Of a DNA stretch of 46,117 nucleotides, positions 1-7,688 are shown piece by piece. The notes beneath the pieces were generated by a model. The model made no database searches, was not told the DNA's origin, and saw only the letters and a list, made by a program, of their open reading frames with translations. Source of the stretch: a virus (lineage: Duplodnaviria; Caudoviricetes); IMG/VR virus record IMGVR_UViG_3300009678_000076, positions 1 to 46,117 of that record; one strand, 5' to 3'. Every line of letters starts with the position of its first letter. Positions within the stretch are counted from its first letter, which is position 1. The translations under genes were made by a program, and so were the position numbers.

Positions 1-197
1 GCACCATCGTGTCGTGCGTGGCGCAGTACATGGCCAAGGCCAAGCTCAAGCCGAAGGCCACGATCATCCTCACGGACGGCGAGATCGAGTCGCAGTACGA
101 GTGCCCGCCCGGCCCGCTGCTGTGGGGCGTGGTCGGCAACGCGCGGTTCCGTCCGCTGAAAGGCAAGCTGCTGCGCATCGGAAAGGAGACGCTGTGA
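1..197 (+). CDS. C-terminal fragment of VWA-like domain protein (DUF2201/metallopeptidase-VWA type), 5' truncated
   Basis: TIILTDGEI motif followed by PLLWGVVGN, typical of the VWA C-terminus; stop overlaps next start (GTGA 194-197). Confidence 0.6.
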   Translation, partial: TIVSCVAQYMAKAKLKPKATIILTDGEIESQYECPPGPLLWGVVGNARFRPLKGKLLRIGKETL

Positions 198-535
198 CCC
201 AGCTCGATGCGCGTGGTGCACGGACGGTGGCGGCGATGCACCCGCTCATGCCCGTGCACCACGCCAACGGTGAGTTGCTTGAGGGTACGTGGGTCGGTCA
301 CGCGCTGGACGAGTACCGCGTCGTCAACGGCACGTTCTGTGGCCCGCACTACCTGATCCAGCTCGGCTCCATCCTCGACCCGGGCGACCCGCAGGCGCGT
401 GTGTTCCGCGTGAAATTCATCATGCACTACCCGCTGGAGAAGATGACCGGTAGCACCGAGGAGCTGGAGCAGGCCAACCGTGCGGCACGCGCCATGATCG
501 GCATGCTCAACCTGAGACGAAAGGAGTTCGCATGA
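194..535 (+). CDS. Hypothetical protein, paralog of 532..1062
   Basis: GTG start at 194 with AAGGAG RBS upstream; aligns by eye with the C-terminal ~100 aa of the next ORF. Confidence 0.7.
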   Translation: MTQLDARGARTVAAMHPLMPVHHANGELLEGTWVGHALDEYRVVNGTFCGPHYLIQLGSILDPGDPQARVFRVKFIMHYPLEKMTGSTEELEQANRAARAMIGMLNLRRKEFA

Positions 536-1062
536 GCGACAAGAAGCTGACCGCCACGCAGGTCATGGATCAGAAGCGAGCGACTGAGCTGGCGCTGCGC
601 AGCAACCAGCAGGGTGTCATTCCGCCAAAGGCAATGCGCGCGGCGCAACTTCCGCGCATGGCGCAGCCGCTGTCGTCGGAAGCGATCGCTGATCAGCAGC
701 GACAGGACTTCCGCGAGGCGCAGCCGCACGTCGTCGGCAGCGTCACGGAGCTGAAGCACCTCATCCCGATACGCGTGGCCACGCAGCGCGTGCTCGACGG
801 CAAGTGGTCGGGCCGTGCGCTGCACGCGCATCGGGTGCTGCCCAGCGTGTTCGGCGGCAAGCACTACATCCTGCAGCTCGGGTACATGGAGGAGATCGGC
901 ATGCAGGATGACGCCGAGAAGATCGCCACGTTCCGCCTCGTCTTCGTCGTCAACCTGCCCGTGGATGCGAAGGCCGATCTCGACGACATGCTTCTGAAAG
1001 CGGACGCCTCGAACACGGCGGAAGCCATGATGCACATGCTCAACCTGAGGAGGATTCCCTGA
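532..1062 (+). CDS. Hypothetical protein, paralog of 194..535
   Basis: AAGGAG RBS, ATGA coupling; shared motifs G.W.G.AL...RV....F.G.HY..QLG and AM..MLNLRR. Confidence 0.75.
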   Translation: MSDKKLTATQVMDQKRATELALRSNQQGVIPPKAMRAAQLPRMAQPLSSEAIADQQRQDFREAQPHVVGSVTELKHLIPIRVATQRVLDGKWSGRALHAHRVLPSVFGGKHYILQLGYMEEIGMQDDAEKIATFRLVFVVNLPVDAKADLDDMLLKADASNTAEAMMHMLNLRRIP

Positions 1063-1074
1063 CCCAGACTGATG

Positions 1075-1080
1075 TATAAT
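1075..1080 (+). promoter_or_regulatory. Possible sigma70 -10 element (TATAAT)
   Basis: Perfect TATAAT in an AT-rich intergenic patch of a GC-rich genome; no convincing -35. Confidence 0.35.
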
Positions 1081-1113
1081 TCCACACTCCCACCTACCAA
1101 CCTGAAAGATGTT

Positions 1114-2001
1114 ATGAACAACCATCTAAACCTGAATTCCTGCGGCATCCTCGTGACGCTCGCCATCTCCCAGTGGACCGCGCGCAAGCTGGACCGCGGC
1201 GTGTCCGATGAGGTCGAGCAGAGCAAGGGCGCTAAGTCCAAGGGCGCCGCCCGCGTCAACAAGAACCTGCTCGCCGGCCGGCCCGAGCTGGAAGAGATCG
1301 CGCAGATCGCGACGAAGGCCCGCAACTACGTGTACGACAACACCTTCCCGTGGACCGACAGCGGGCAACGACTGCTGCCCACGCTCAAGCTGGTCGAGTT
1401 CGACAAGACTGTGCGTGGGTACATGGCCGAGTTCAACGCCAAGGTGGACGGCTTCATCAGCATCTACCCTTCGCTGATCACGGCGCAGGCGATGGCCCTC
1501 GGCGACATGTTCAAGCGCGACGACTTCCCGTCGGCCTCCGAGATCGCCGGCAAGTTCTCCATCGGCATGGACATCGAGCCGGTGCCGACGGCCGGCGACT
1601 TCCGCGTGGACGTGGGCAACGAGGCGCTGGAGGAGCTGCAGAAGAGCCTCTCCAACACCAATGCGAAGCGGGAGGCGGCGATGCTGGCCGACATCAGCAA
1701 GCGCTTCGGCGAGCATCTGGCGCGCATGTCCGACCGGCTGACCTCCGAGACGGACGCCAAGACGGGGGACCCCAAGCAGAAGCGCTTCCATGACACGCTG
1801 GTGTCGAGCGCCTTCGAGCTGTGCTCGCTGGTGAAATCCCTGCCGGCGTTGGCCGGGCACGACATCGACAGGCTGGCCACGGCGCTGGAGAAGGCGCTGG
1901 ACGGCACCACGGCGCAGGTCTTGCGTGACGACTTCAGCAAGCGGGAGGACGTGCGCAAGGCGGTGAACAAGCTGCGCGACCAGTTCGACTTGTCAGCCTG
2001 A
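1114..2001 (+). CDS. DUF3150-like phage protein
   Basis: LVTLAISQWTARKLD / VNKNLL / NTFPW.DSGQRLLP / DFPSASEI..KF motif pattern; start at 1114 preferred (1072 possible). Confidence 0.6.
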   Translation: MNNHLNLNSCGILVTLAISQWTARKLDRGVSDEVEQSKGAKSKGAARVNKNLLAGRPELEEIAQIATKARNYVYDNTFPWTDSGQRLLPTLKLVEFDKTVRGYMAEFNAKVDGFISIYPSLITAQAMALGDMFKRDDFPSASEIAGKFSIGMDIEPVPTAGDFRVDVGNEALEELQKSLSNTNAKREAAMLADISKRFGEHLARMSDRLTSETDAKTGDPKQKRFHDTLVSSAFELCSLVKSLPALAGHDIDRLATALEKALDGTTAQVLRDDFSKREDVRKAVNKLRDQFDLSA

Positions 2002-2016
2002 CGGGCGAGGTGCACC

Positions 2017-2244
2017 ATGCAGAAGTGGCACCGAGAGCTGGTGCACCGCCTTCGGGCGGTCGGCATCAGCGTCTCCGAGGTGAAGCAGGGCAGCAAGTCC
2101 ACCCGGATACGTTGCAGCAAGGACGGAAATGAAACACTGTACTTTGCGTCCACCAGTGCCTCAGACTATCGGGCGATGGAGAACGCCGTGAAGGACATCA
2201 CACGCGACCTAAGGCAGAAGGAGGAACATGGAACGCACCATTGA
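2017..2244 (+). CDS. Small HicA-like-fold hypothetical protein
   Basis: 75 aa, GAGG RBS; ASTSASDYRAMEN resembles the S-T-P-S-D-x-R-x-x-x-N motif of phage HicA-like proteins. Confidence 0.45.
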   Translation: MQKWHRELVHRLRAVGISVSEVKQGSKSTRIRCSKDGNETLYFASTSASDYRAMENAVKDITRDLRQKEEHGTHH

Positions 2245-2623
2245 AACCCCGGTGAAGGAGCAGATCAGGAACGCACTCAATGGCCGGGGGGTGTACTTCA
2301 GGATGCCTCCTGCCAACGGCTACGGCAAGGCAGGCGACTTCGACTTCGTGTGCTGCGTCCGTGGCCAGTTTCTCGGTATCGAAGCGAAGCGTGACGACAA
2401 GGAGGAACCGACGACGCTTCAGCATGACAACGCAGACAAGGCACGGCTGGCTGGTGCCGTGGTGCTGCTGATCCACAAGGGCAACGTAGGGCTCGTGACG
2501 CAGACGGTGGACGCCCTGCACGCGCGCATCAAGCCGCCTAGCTACTGGCCCGAGCGGCGGCTGCTCGTGCCGGAGGACATCACCCCGCCGCTGCTGCGGC
2601 GGAAGCGAAGGGACAACCTATGA
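2228..2623 (+). CDS. VRR-NUC / Holliday-junction-resolvase-like PD-(D/E)XK nuclease
   Basis: ETPVKEQI, GYGKAG..DFVCCVRGQFLGIEAK, PTTLQ motifs. Confidence 0.8.
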   Translation: MERTIETPVKEQIRNALNGRGVYFRMPPANGYGKAGDFDFVCCVRGQFLGIEAKRDDKEEPTTLQHDNADKARLAGAVVLLIHKGNVGLVTQTVDALHARIKPPSYWPERRLLVPEDITPPLLRRKRRDNL

Positions 2624-2925
2624 ACGAGATGAACGAACAGGAGCAAGCGGAGTTCGACGACTTCACAGCACGCACCAAGCACTTCACCGACTCACAGCGG
2701 TACGCGTTGCGCAACTTCATCAGCATCGCCATCGGCATCGTCGATGCGCCGGACAAGCCCGCCGTGCTGCTGCGCGCGGTCGAGGGCGACGACGGCATGC
2801 GGCGCGTGATGGTGCACTGCCTGACGCCGGACCACGACGAGGCGTCGATCATGTTGCAGTACTACATGGAGGCACGCGCATCGGTCATCAGCGCCGCGAT
2901 GCAGAGCAACGAACAGAGGCATTGA
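2620..2925 (+). CDS. Hypothetical protein
   Basis: ATGA coupling with upstream gene, phage-like codon usage. Confidence 0.65.
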   Translation: MNEMNEQEQAEFDDFTARTKHFTDSQRYALRNFISIAIGIVDAPDKPAVLLRAVEGDDGMRRVMVHCLTPDHDEASIMLQYYMEARASVISAAMQSNEQRH

Positions 2926-2938
2926 TCACTGAGGTCCA

Positions 2939-2970
2939 GCCCGAGCACCTCCAGAAAGCTCGGGCATTTT
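2939..2970 (+). terminator. Hairpin with U-tract upstream of first PEP-CTERM gene
   Basis: GCCCGAGC (2939-2946) / GCTCGGGC (2958-2965) followed by ATTTT. Confidence 0.55.
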
Positions 2971-2982
2971 CAGGAGCTTGAA

Positions 2983-3588
2983 ATGAAGAAACTTTTCCTT
3001 GCGGCAGCAGCAGCGCTGGCGTTCTTCGCCGGACCTGCGAGCGCGGTCGTCGTCTGCGACAACTGCGTCTACATCACGGGCCAGCCGGCGACGAACTTGG
3101 GCGAGCACGACCCGTCCATGTTCGACAACAGCACCTTCGGCAACGCCACCACGGGGCAGAACGGGAACTTCAGCAATACGTGGGTCTTCGACATCAACCC
3201 GGCCGGCAACGCAGCGCTCGACGTGATCTTCCTGCCGATCGCGAACATCAGCAACTTCACGGTGCGGCTGTTCGATGTGGTCAGCTCGACGTGCGGCGGC
3301 ACGGGCGCTGCCTGCACGGCGCTGACGTTGGGCGGTCTGCTGGCAACGAGCAACACGATCCCCAACTACGCCTCGGTGCTGGACTTCACCGGGCCGCTCG
3401 ACGGGACCTACGCCTTCGAGGTCAGCGGCACGATCAGCGGCTTGCTCGCCGGTCAGCCCGCGTCCTACGTCGGCAACCTGCAGACCGTGGCGGCGATCCC
3501 CGAGCCGGAGACGTACGCGCTGTTCGGCGCCGGCCTCGCCGCGCTGGCGTTCCTGCGCCGCAAGAAGAAGGGGGGTGCGCAAGCCTGA
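2983..3588 (+). CDS. PEP-CTERM sorting domain protein 1 (signal peptide, FxDxF-like passenger)
   Basis: Signal peptide MKKLFLAAAAALAFFAGPASA; C-terminal IPEPETYALFGAGLAALAFL TM helix plus RRKKK; FSNTWVF resembles the FxDxF passenger motif. Confidence 0.9.
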   Translation: MKKLFLAAAAALAFFAGPASAVVVCDNCVYITGQPATNLGEHDPSMFDNSTFGNATTGQNGNFSNTWVFDINPAGNAALDVIFLPIANISNFTVRLFDVVSSTCGGTGAACTALTLGGLLATSNTIPNYASVLDFTGPLDGTYAFEVSGTISGLLAGQPASYVGNLQTVAAIPEPETYALFGAGLAALAFLRRKKKGGAQA

Positions 3589-3608
3589 GCCTTGCACCTC
3601 GCCACTTC

Positions 3609-3632
3609 ACCGCCGCCGAGGGCGGCGGTTTT
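3609..3632 (+). terminator. Rho-independent terminator-like hairpin between the PEP-CTERM genes
   Basis: ACCGCCGCC-GAG-GGCGGCGGT followed by TTT. Confidence 0.65.
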
Positions 3633-3655
3633 CTACTCTTACAGGAATCAACGTC

Positions 3656-4318
3656 ATGAAGAAATTCTTCCTCGCGATCGCCACGGCGCTCGCACTCATC
3701 CATATACCCGCGCAAGCGGTGGACATCGGCTTCACCAACGAGTTCAGCGGTGGCACCGACTGCGCCGTTGCGGCCACGGGGTGCTCGACCCTCACGGTGA
3801 CTTCGTTCGTTGGCGGGGTCCACTTCGAGCTGCAAGGCACGATGGTTCCGGGCGAGTTCGTCCGCGAGCTGTCGGGCAACTACAACGGCGGTCCGCTCAC
3901 CATCTCCAACGTGACGGGCAACACGGAGACGTTCCTGGGCTTCGAGTTCGCCAGCAACGCCTTCAAGGCAGACGGTGATGGGTTCTTCGACTGGATCATC
4001 CATCTGGACAACGCCCCGCCCGGCAACCGGTTCAACGGCACGGACACGCTGTCGTGGGACTTCCTCGGCGCCACGTTGTCGCAGTTCAACAGCCTGAGCG
4101 TGAACGGACCGGAAGGCAAGAACGGCTTCCTGTTCGCCACTCACGCGCAAGGGCTGGCCAACGGCGGCAGCGGCTGGTTCAACGGCACGGTCCCGCCCGG
4201 AGGCACCCCCTTCGACGTGACGCCGGTCCCTGAGCCCGAGACGTACGCGCTGTTCGCAGCCGGCCTTGCCGCGCTGGCCTACATGCAGCGTCGTCGCAAG
4301 AAGCAAGAGCAAGCCTAA
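3656..4318 (+). CDS. PEP-CTERM sorting domain protein 2
   Basis: ATG at 3656 with AGGA RBS; signal peptide MKKFFLAIATALALIHIPAQA; FATHAQGL..GGSGW passenger end; VPEPETYALFAAGLAALAYM plus RRRKK. Confidence 0.9.
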   Translation: MKKFFLAIATALALIHIPAQAVDIGFTNEFSGGTDCAVAATGCSTLTVTSFVGGVHFELQGTMVPGEFVRELSGNYNGGPLTISNVTGNTETFLGFEFASNAFKADGDGFFDWIIHLDNAPPGNRFNGTDTLSWDFLGATLSQFNSLSVNGPEGKNGFLFATHAQGLANGGSGWFNGTVPPGGTPFDVTPVPEPETYALFAAGLAALAYMQRRRKKQEQA

Positions 4319-4328
4319 GACTTGCCCC

Positions 4329-4357
4329 GCCCCCGGCGCAACGCCGGGGGCCCCTTT
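4329..4357 (+). terminator. GC-rich hairpin after second PEP-CTERM gene
   Basis: GCCCCCGGCG-CAA-CGCCGGGGGC followed by CCCTTT. Confidence 0.55.
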
Positions 4358-4368
4358 CGGGAGCACCA

Positions 4369-6372
4369 ATGCCACGTCCCTTTGACCGCATCATGGTCAT
4401 CGACTTCGAGTCTGCGTGGGGCCGCGCAGTCCAACTCGGTTTCTCTTGTCAGACTATGGAGGAGTACCTCCGCGATCCACGCTTCAAGGCGTGGGGCCTA
4501 TCGTGGTCATTCATCGACCTGAAGACCAACGCATGCCAGCCCGTGTGGGTGCGACGCTCCGGGCTCAAGACATTCTTCGCCGCGTTCGACTGGACGCGCA
4601 TCGCAGTGGTCGCACAGAACGCAGCGTTCGATGTGTCGATCATGTTCTGGCACTACGGTGTCCACCCCGCATTCATCCTCGATACCTTGTCGATGGGGCG
4701 TGCCCTCCACGGCGTCGAGGCAGGCAACAGTCTCAAGACGCTGGCCGAGCGCTACGAGCTGCCGCGCAAGATGGACGGGCTCGCGTCGTCCGAGAACATC
4801 CTCGACGAGCTGCCCTTCCTCGTGGAGCAGGAGCTGTCCACGTACTGCAAGCACGATAGCTGGCTGTGTGCCGAGCTGCTGATCCGTATGCTGCCCTCGT
4901 TCCCGATCTCCGAGCTGCAGCTCATCGACATGACGGTGAAGATGTACACCAGACCCGTCCTCGAATTCGACACGCCGATGCTGGAGACGGCGCTGAAGGA
5001 GGACGAGGACGCCCTTGCCAAGGCGCTAGGGCGCGTCAATCGCACCGAGTCAGAGCTGGCCAGCAACGACACGTTCGCCGACGTGCTGCGCCTGCTGGGC
5101 GTCGATCCGCCGATGAAACCCTCGCCGTCGGGCAAGGGCAAGGCCGAGGGCAAGATGATCTACGCCTTCGCCAAGAGCGACGCGCTCTTCCAGCAGATGC
5201 AGAACGGCGACAACGAAGACGTTGCCCTGCTCTGCGAGGCACGTCTCCGTGTGAAGTCCACGCAAGCCCGCACGCGTGCCCAGCGGTTCATCGACATCTC
5301 GCACCGCGGCCCGCTGCCGGTGCCGCTCAACTACTGGGGCGCAGGGCCGGGCCGCTGGCAGGCATCGAAGGGCAGCAACGTCAACCTGCAGAACATGAAG
5401 CGCGGCAGCGCGCTGCGCAAGTCGATCAAGGCGCCCAACGGCTACGTGGTGGTCGTCGGCGACCTGATGCAGATCGAGCCGCGGGTGCTGGCCGAGCTGA
5501 GCGGCTACACGGACTTGCAAGGCATCTTCCGCTCCGGGCAGGACGCGTACGCGCAGTTCGGCGCCGGCATGTTCGGCGTGCCGGGCATGACGAAAGATAC
5601 CCATCCTGTCCTTCGGCAATCGGCCAAGAGCGCGCTGCTGGGCGCTGGGTACATGCTAGGCTGGCCGAGCTTCGCCGGGCAGCTTCTTGCCGGCTTCCTC
5701 GGCGCTCCACCGAAGCGCTACACGGTGGCCGACGCCAAGCAGATGGGCATCACTGCGCAGCAGGTGATGAAGTTCACAGGCGACAAGTGGTGCATGGAGC
5801 GTGCTGCGCTCGTGCCGCACGCGTGCACCGACGATGAGCTGCTGATCCACTGCATCGTGGCGAAGGAGATCATCGATCGCTACCGCGCGACGGCCGAGCC
5901 CGTGGTGAAGTTCTGGGGCTTCCTCAAGCAGATGCTGGAGGAGTGCCTGCATGGTGGCGCAACGCACACCTACAAGTGCCTGACGTTCGAGAAGGGCGCG
6001 ATCCTCATGCCCAACGGCATGCGCATCCTGTACCCCGAGCTGGCGAAGGGACGCGACGAGCGCGGCCGCACTGCGTACACCTATCGCAAGGGCAAGAAGA
6101 TCGAGTACATCCACCCCGGCACGTTGTGCAACAACGTGACGCAGGGGCTGGCTCGCATCGTGATGAGTGATGGAATGCTTCGCGTCGCGAAGCGGCTGCC
6201 CGTGGTCCTCACGGTGCACGATGAACTGGCGGCACTCGCACGCCAGCAAGACGCTGCGAAGGCGAAGGTCTGGGTTCGCCAGCAGATGATCGTGGACCCG
6301 GTGTACCTGCCGGGCATCCCGCTAGACGCCGATGTCGGCGCACACCAACGCTATGGAGAAGCAAAACAATGA
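4369..6372 (+). CDS. polA: Family A DNA polymerase with 3'-5' exonuclease
   Basis: ExoI IDFES, ExoII QNAAFD, ExoIII YCKHD; NLQN; motif A DLMQIEPRVLA; motif B RQSAKSALLGAGY; motif C TVHDE. Confidence 0.95.
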   Translation: MPRPFDRIMVIDFESAWGRAVQLGFSCQTMEEYLRDPRFKAWGLSWSFIDLKTNACQPVWVRRSGLKTFFAAFDWTRIAVVAQNAAFDVSIMFWHYGVHPAFILDTLSMGRALHGVEAGNSLKTLAERYELPRKMDGLASSENILDELPFLVEQELSTYCKHDSWLCAELLIRMLPSFPISELQLIDMTVKMYTRPVLEFDTPMLETALKEDEDALAKALGRVNRTESELASNDTFADVLRLLGVDPPMKPSPSGKGKAEGKMIYAFAKSDALFQQMQNGDNEDVALLCEARLRVKSTQARTRAQRFIDISHRGPLPVPLNYWGAGPGRWQASKGSNVNLQNMKRGSALRKSIKAPNGYVVVVGDLMQIEPRVLAELSGYTDLQGIFRSGQDAYAQFGAGMFGVPGMTKDTHPVLRQSAKSALLGAGYMLGWPSFAGQLLAGFLGAPPKRYTVADAKQMGITAQQVMKFTGDKWCMERAALVPHACTDDELLIHCIVAKEIIDRYRATAEPVVKFWGFLKQMLEECLHGGATHTYKCLTFEKGAILMPNGMRILYPELAKGRDERGRTAYTYRKGKKIEYIHPGTLCNNVTQGLARIVMSDGMLRVAKRLPVVLTVHDELAALARQQDAAKAKVWVRQQMIVDPVYLPGIPLDADVGAHQRYGEAKQ

Positions 6373-6683
6373 CACATCCGATACCAACCTCGTTCCGCTT
6401 GCGCCGCCGCAAGTGGACTGTCCGGCGGCTGACCAGCAGCGTGAGTGGCAAGCACGCAGGCTTGTGCGTGCCACCACCGCCGAAGCAAATCCGCATCTAC
6501 GACATCGCCAACAACAGGGGACGCACGGCACATCAGCAGCAGAAGACGTTCTGGCACGAAAGCACCCACGCCATTCTGATGACGATGAACCACAAGCTCG
6601 CACGCAACGAGGCATTCGTCACGGGCTTTTCACTGCTGCTGGAGGAGCTGGTCCGCACCGCGCGCTTCGAGGAGAGCGCATGA
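6369..6683 (+). CDS. Small HExxH zincin-like putative metallopeptidase
   Basis: TFWHESTHAIL followed by NEAFV (candidate third ligand); ATGA coupling at both ends. Confidence 0.6.
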   Translation: MTHPIPTSFRLRRRKWTVRRLTSSVSGKHAGLCVPPPPKQIRIYDIANNRGRTAHQQQKTFWHESTHAILMTMNHKLARNEAFVTGFSLLLEELVRTARFEESA

Positions 6684-7042
6684 GCCTAACCTTCAACCAA
6701 CTGCGCTATGTCAACGTGGCGCGCTGCAATCGCTGGCACCCCGAGGGCATCGAGTCGTGGTCGCCATCCGACTGGCTCGTGGCCGCGATGGGCGAGCTGG
6801 GCGAGCTGGCCAGCGAGGTGAAGATGTTCAACCGCACGCGCGATGGACTCATCGGCAACAAGGAGCCGCTCACGCCCGCACAGCGGACCCAACGCATGGC
6901 CAAGGAAGCGGCCGACGTGGTGATCTACCTCGACCTCTTCTGCGCCGAGCGCGGCATCGACCTCGGCGCTGCGCTCGTGCGGAAGTTCAACGAAGTGTCC
7001 GAGCGCAACGGATTCCCCGAGCGGCTGGGAGACGAGCCATGA
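6680..7042 (+). CDS. mazG: MazG-like nucleotide pyrophosphohydrolase
   Basis: GELGELASEVK ... KEAADVVIYL ... IDL..A...KFNEVS motifs; ATG at 6680. Confidence 0.8.
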   Translation: MSLTFNQLRYVNVARCNRWHPEGIESWSPSDWLVAAMGELGELASEVKMFNRTRDGLIGNKEPLTPAQRTQRMAKEAADVVIYLDLFCAERGIDLGAALVRKFNEVSERNGFPERLGDEP

Positions 7043-7482
7043 GCGTCATCGCATGGGATGGCACGACGCTGGCCGCTGACAAGCGCATCGTCAACGGCGG
7101 GATCGCCAAGACGTGCACGAAAATCTTCAGGCACGAGAAGGAGCTGCTCGGCATCACAGGCGACTGGGACATCGGCGCCGAGCTGCGGGAGTGGTACAAG
7201 GCCGGCGCCGTGCCGGCCGACTTCCCCGACGAGGCGCGCAAGGACGACGGCAAGGCGGGGCTCAGCGTGTTCGATGGCAAGACCGTTCGCGTCTACAGCG
7301 CCGGGCCCTTCCCCTTGATCGTCGAGGACAAGTTCTTCGCAGCCGGCAGCGGCCGCGACTTCGCGTACGCTGCCATGTACCTCGGTCGTGGCGCCATCGA
7401 AGCCGTGCGCATCGCCTGTCACTTCCAGACCGACTGCGGCAGCGGGTACGACATCCTGACAGTGGGTGGAGGAGAGTCATGA
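7039..7482 (+). CDS. HslV/proteasome-beta-like Ntn hydrolase
   Basis: M-S-VIAWDG..LAADK start, KIF, GITG, AAGSGRDFA..AM, AV.IA...D motifs; ATG at 7039. Confidence 0.7.
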   Translation: MSVIAWDGTTLAADKRIVNGGIAKTCTKIFRHEKELLGITGDWDIGAELREWYKAGAVPADFPDEARKDDGKAGLSVFDGKTVRVYSAGPFPLIVEDKFFAAGSGRDFAYAAMYLGRGAIEAVRIACHFQTDCGSGYDILTVGGGES

Positions 7483-7688
7483 AGATCGAGTCGCTCCTCC
7501 TGTGGGCCGCGGTCAGCATCCCCGGCCCGCGATCGCGCTCCCGTTGGATTCACCACCACACGATCCGCCGCACGCGCAGGGAATCGCGCGCTGCCTACGT
7601 CGAAGGCTGGAACCCTGACTACGTTCACGAAGCGCTGGCGTGGGTCGAGTTCAGGCGTGTCGTCGTCAGCGTGCAGGAGGCAACATGA
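7479..7688 (+). CDS. Hypothetical protein
   Basis: GGAG RBS, ATGA coupling at both ends. Confidence 0.6.
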   Translation: MKIESLLLWAAVSIPGPRSRSRWIHHHTIRRTRRESRAAYVEGWNPDYVHEALAWVEFRRVVVSVQEAT

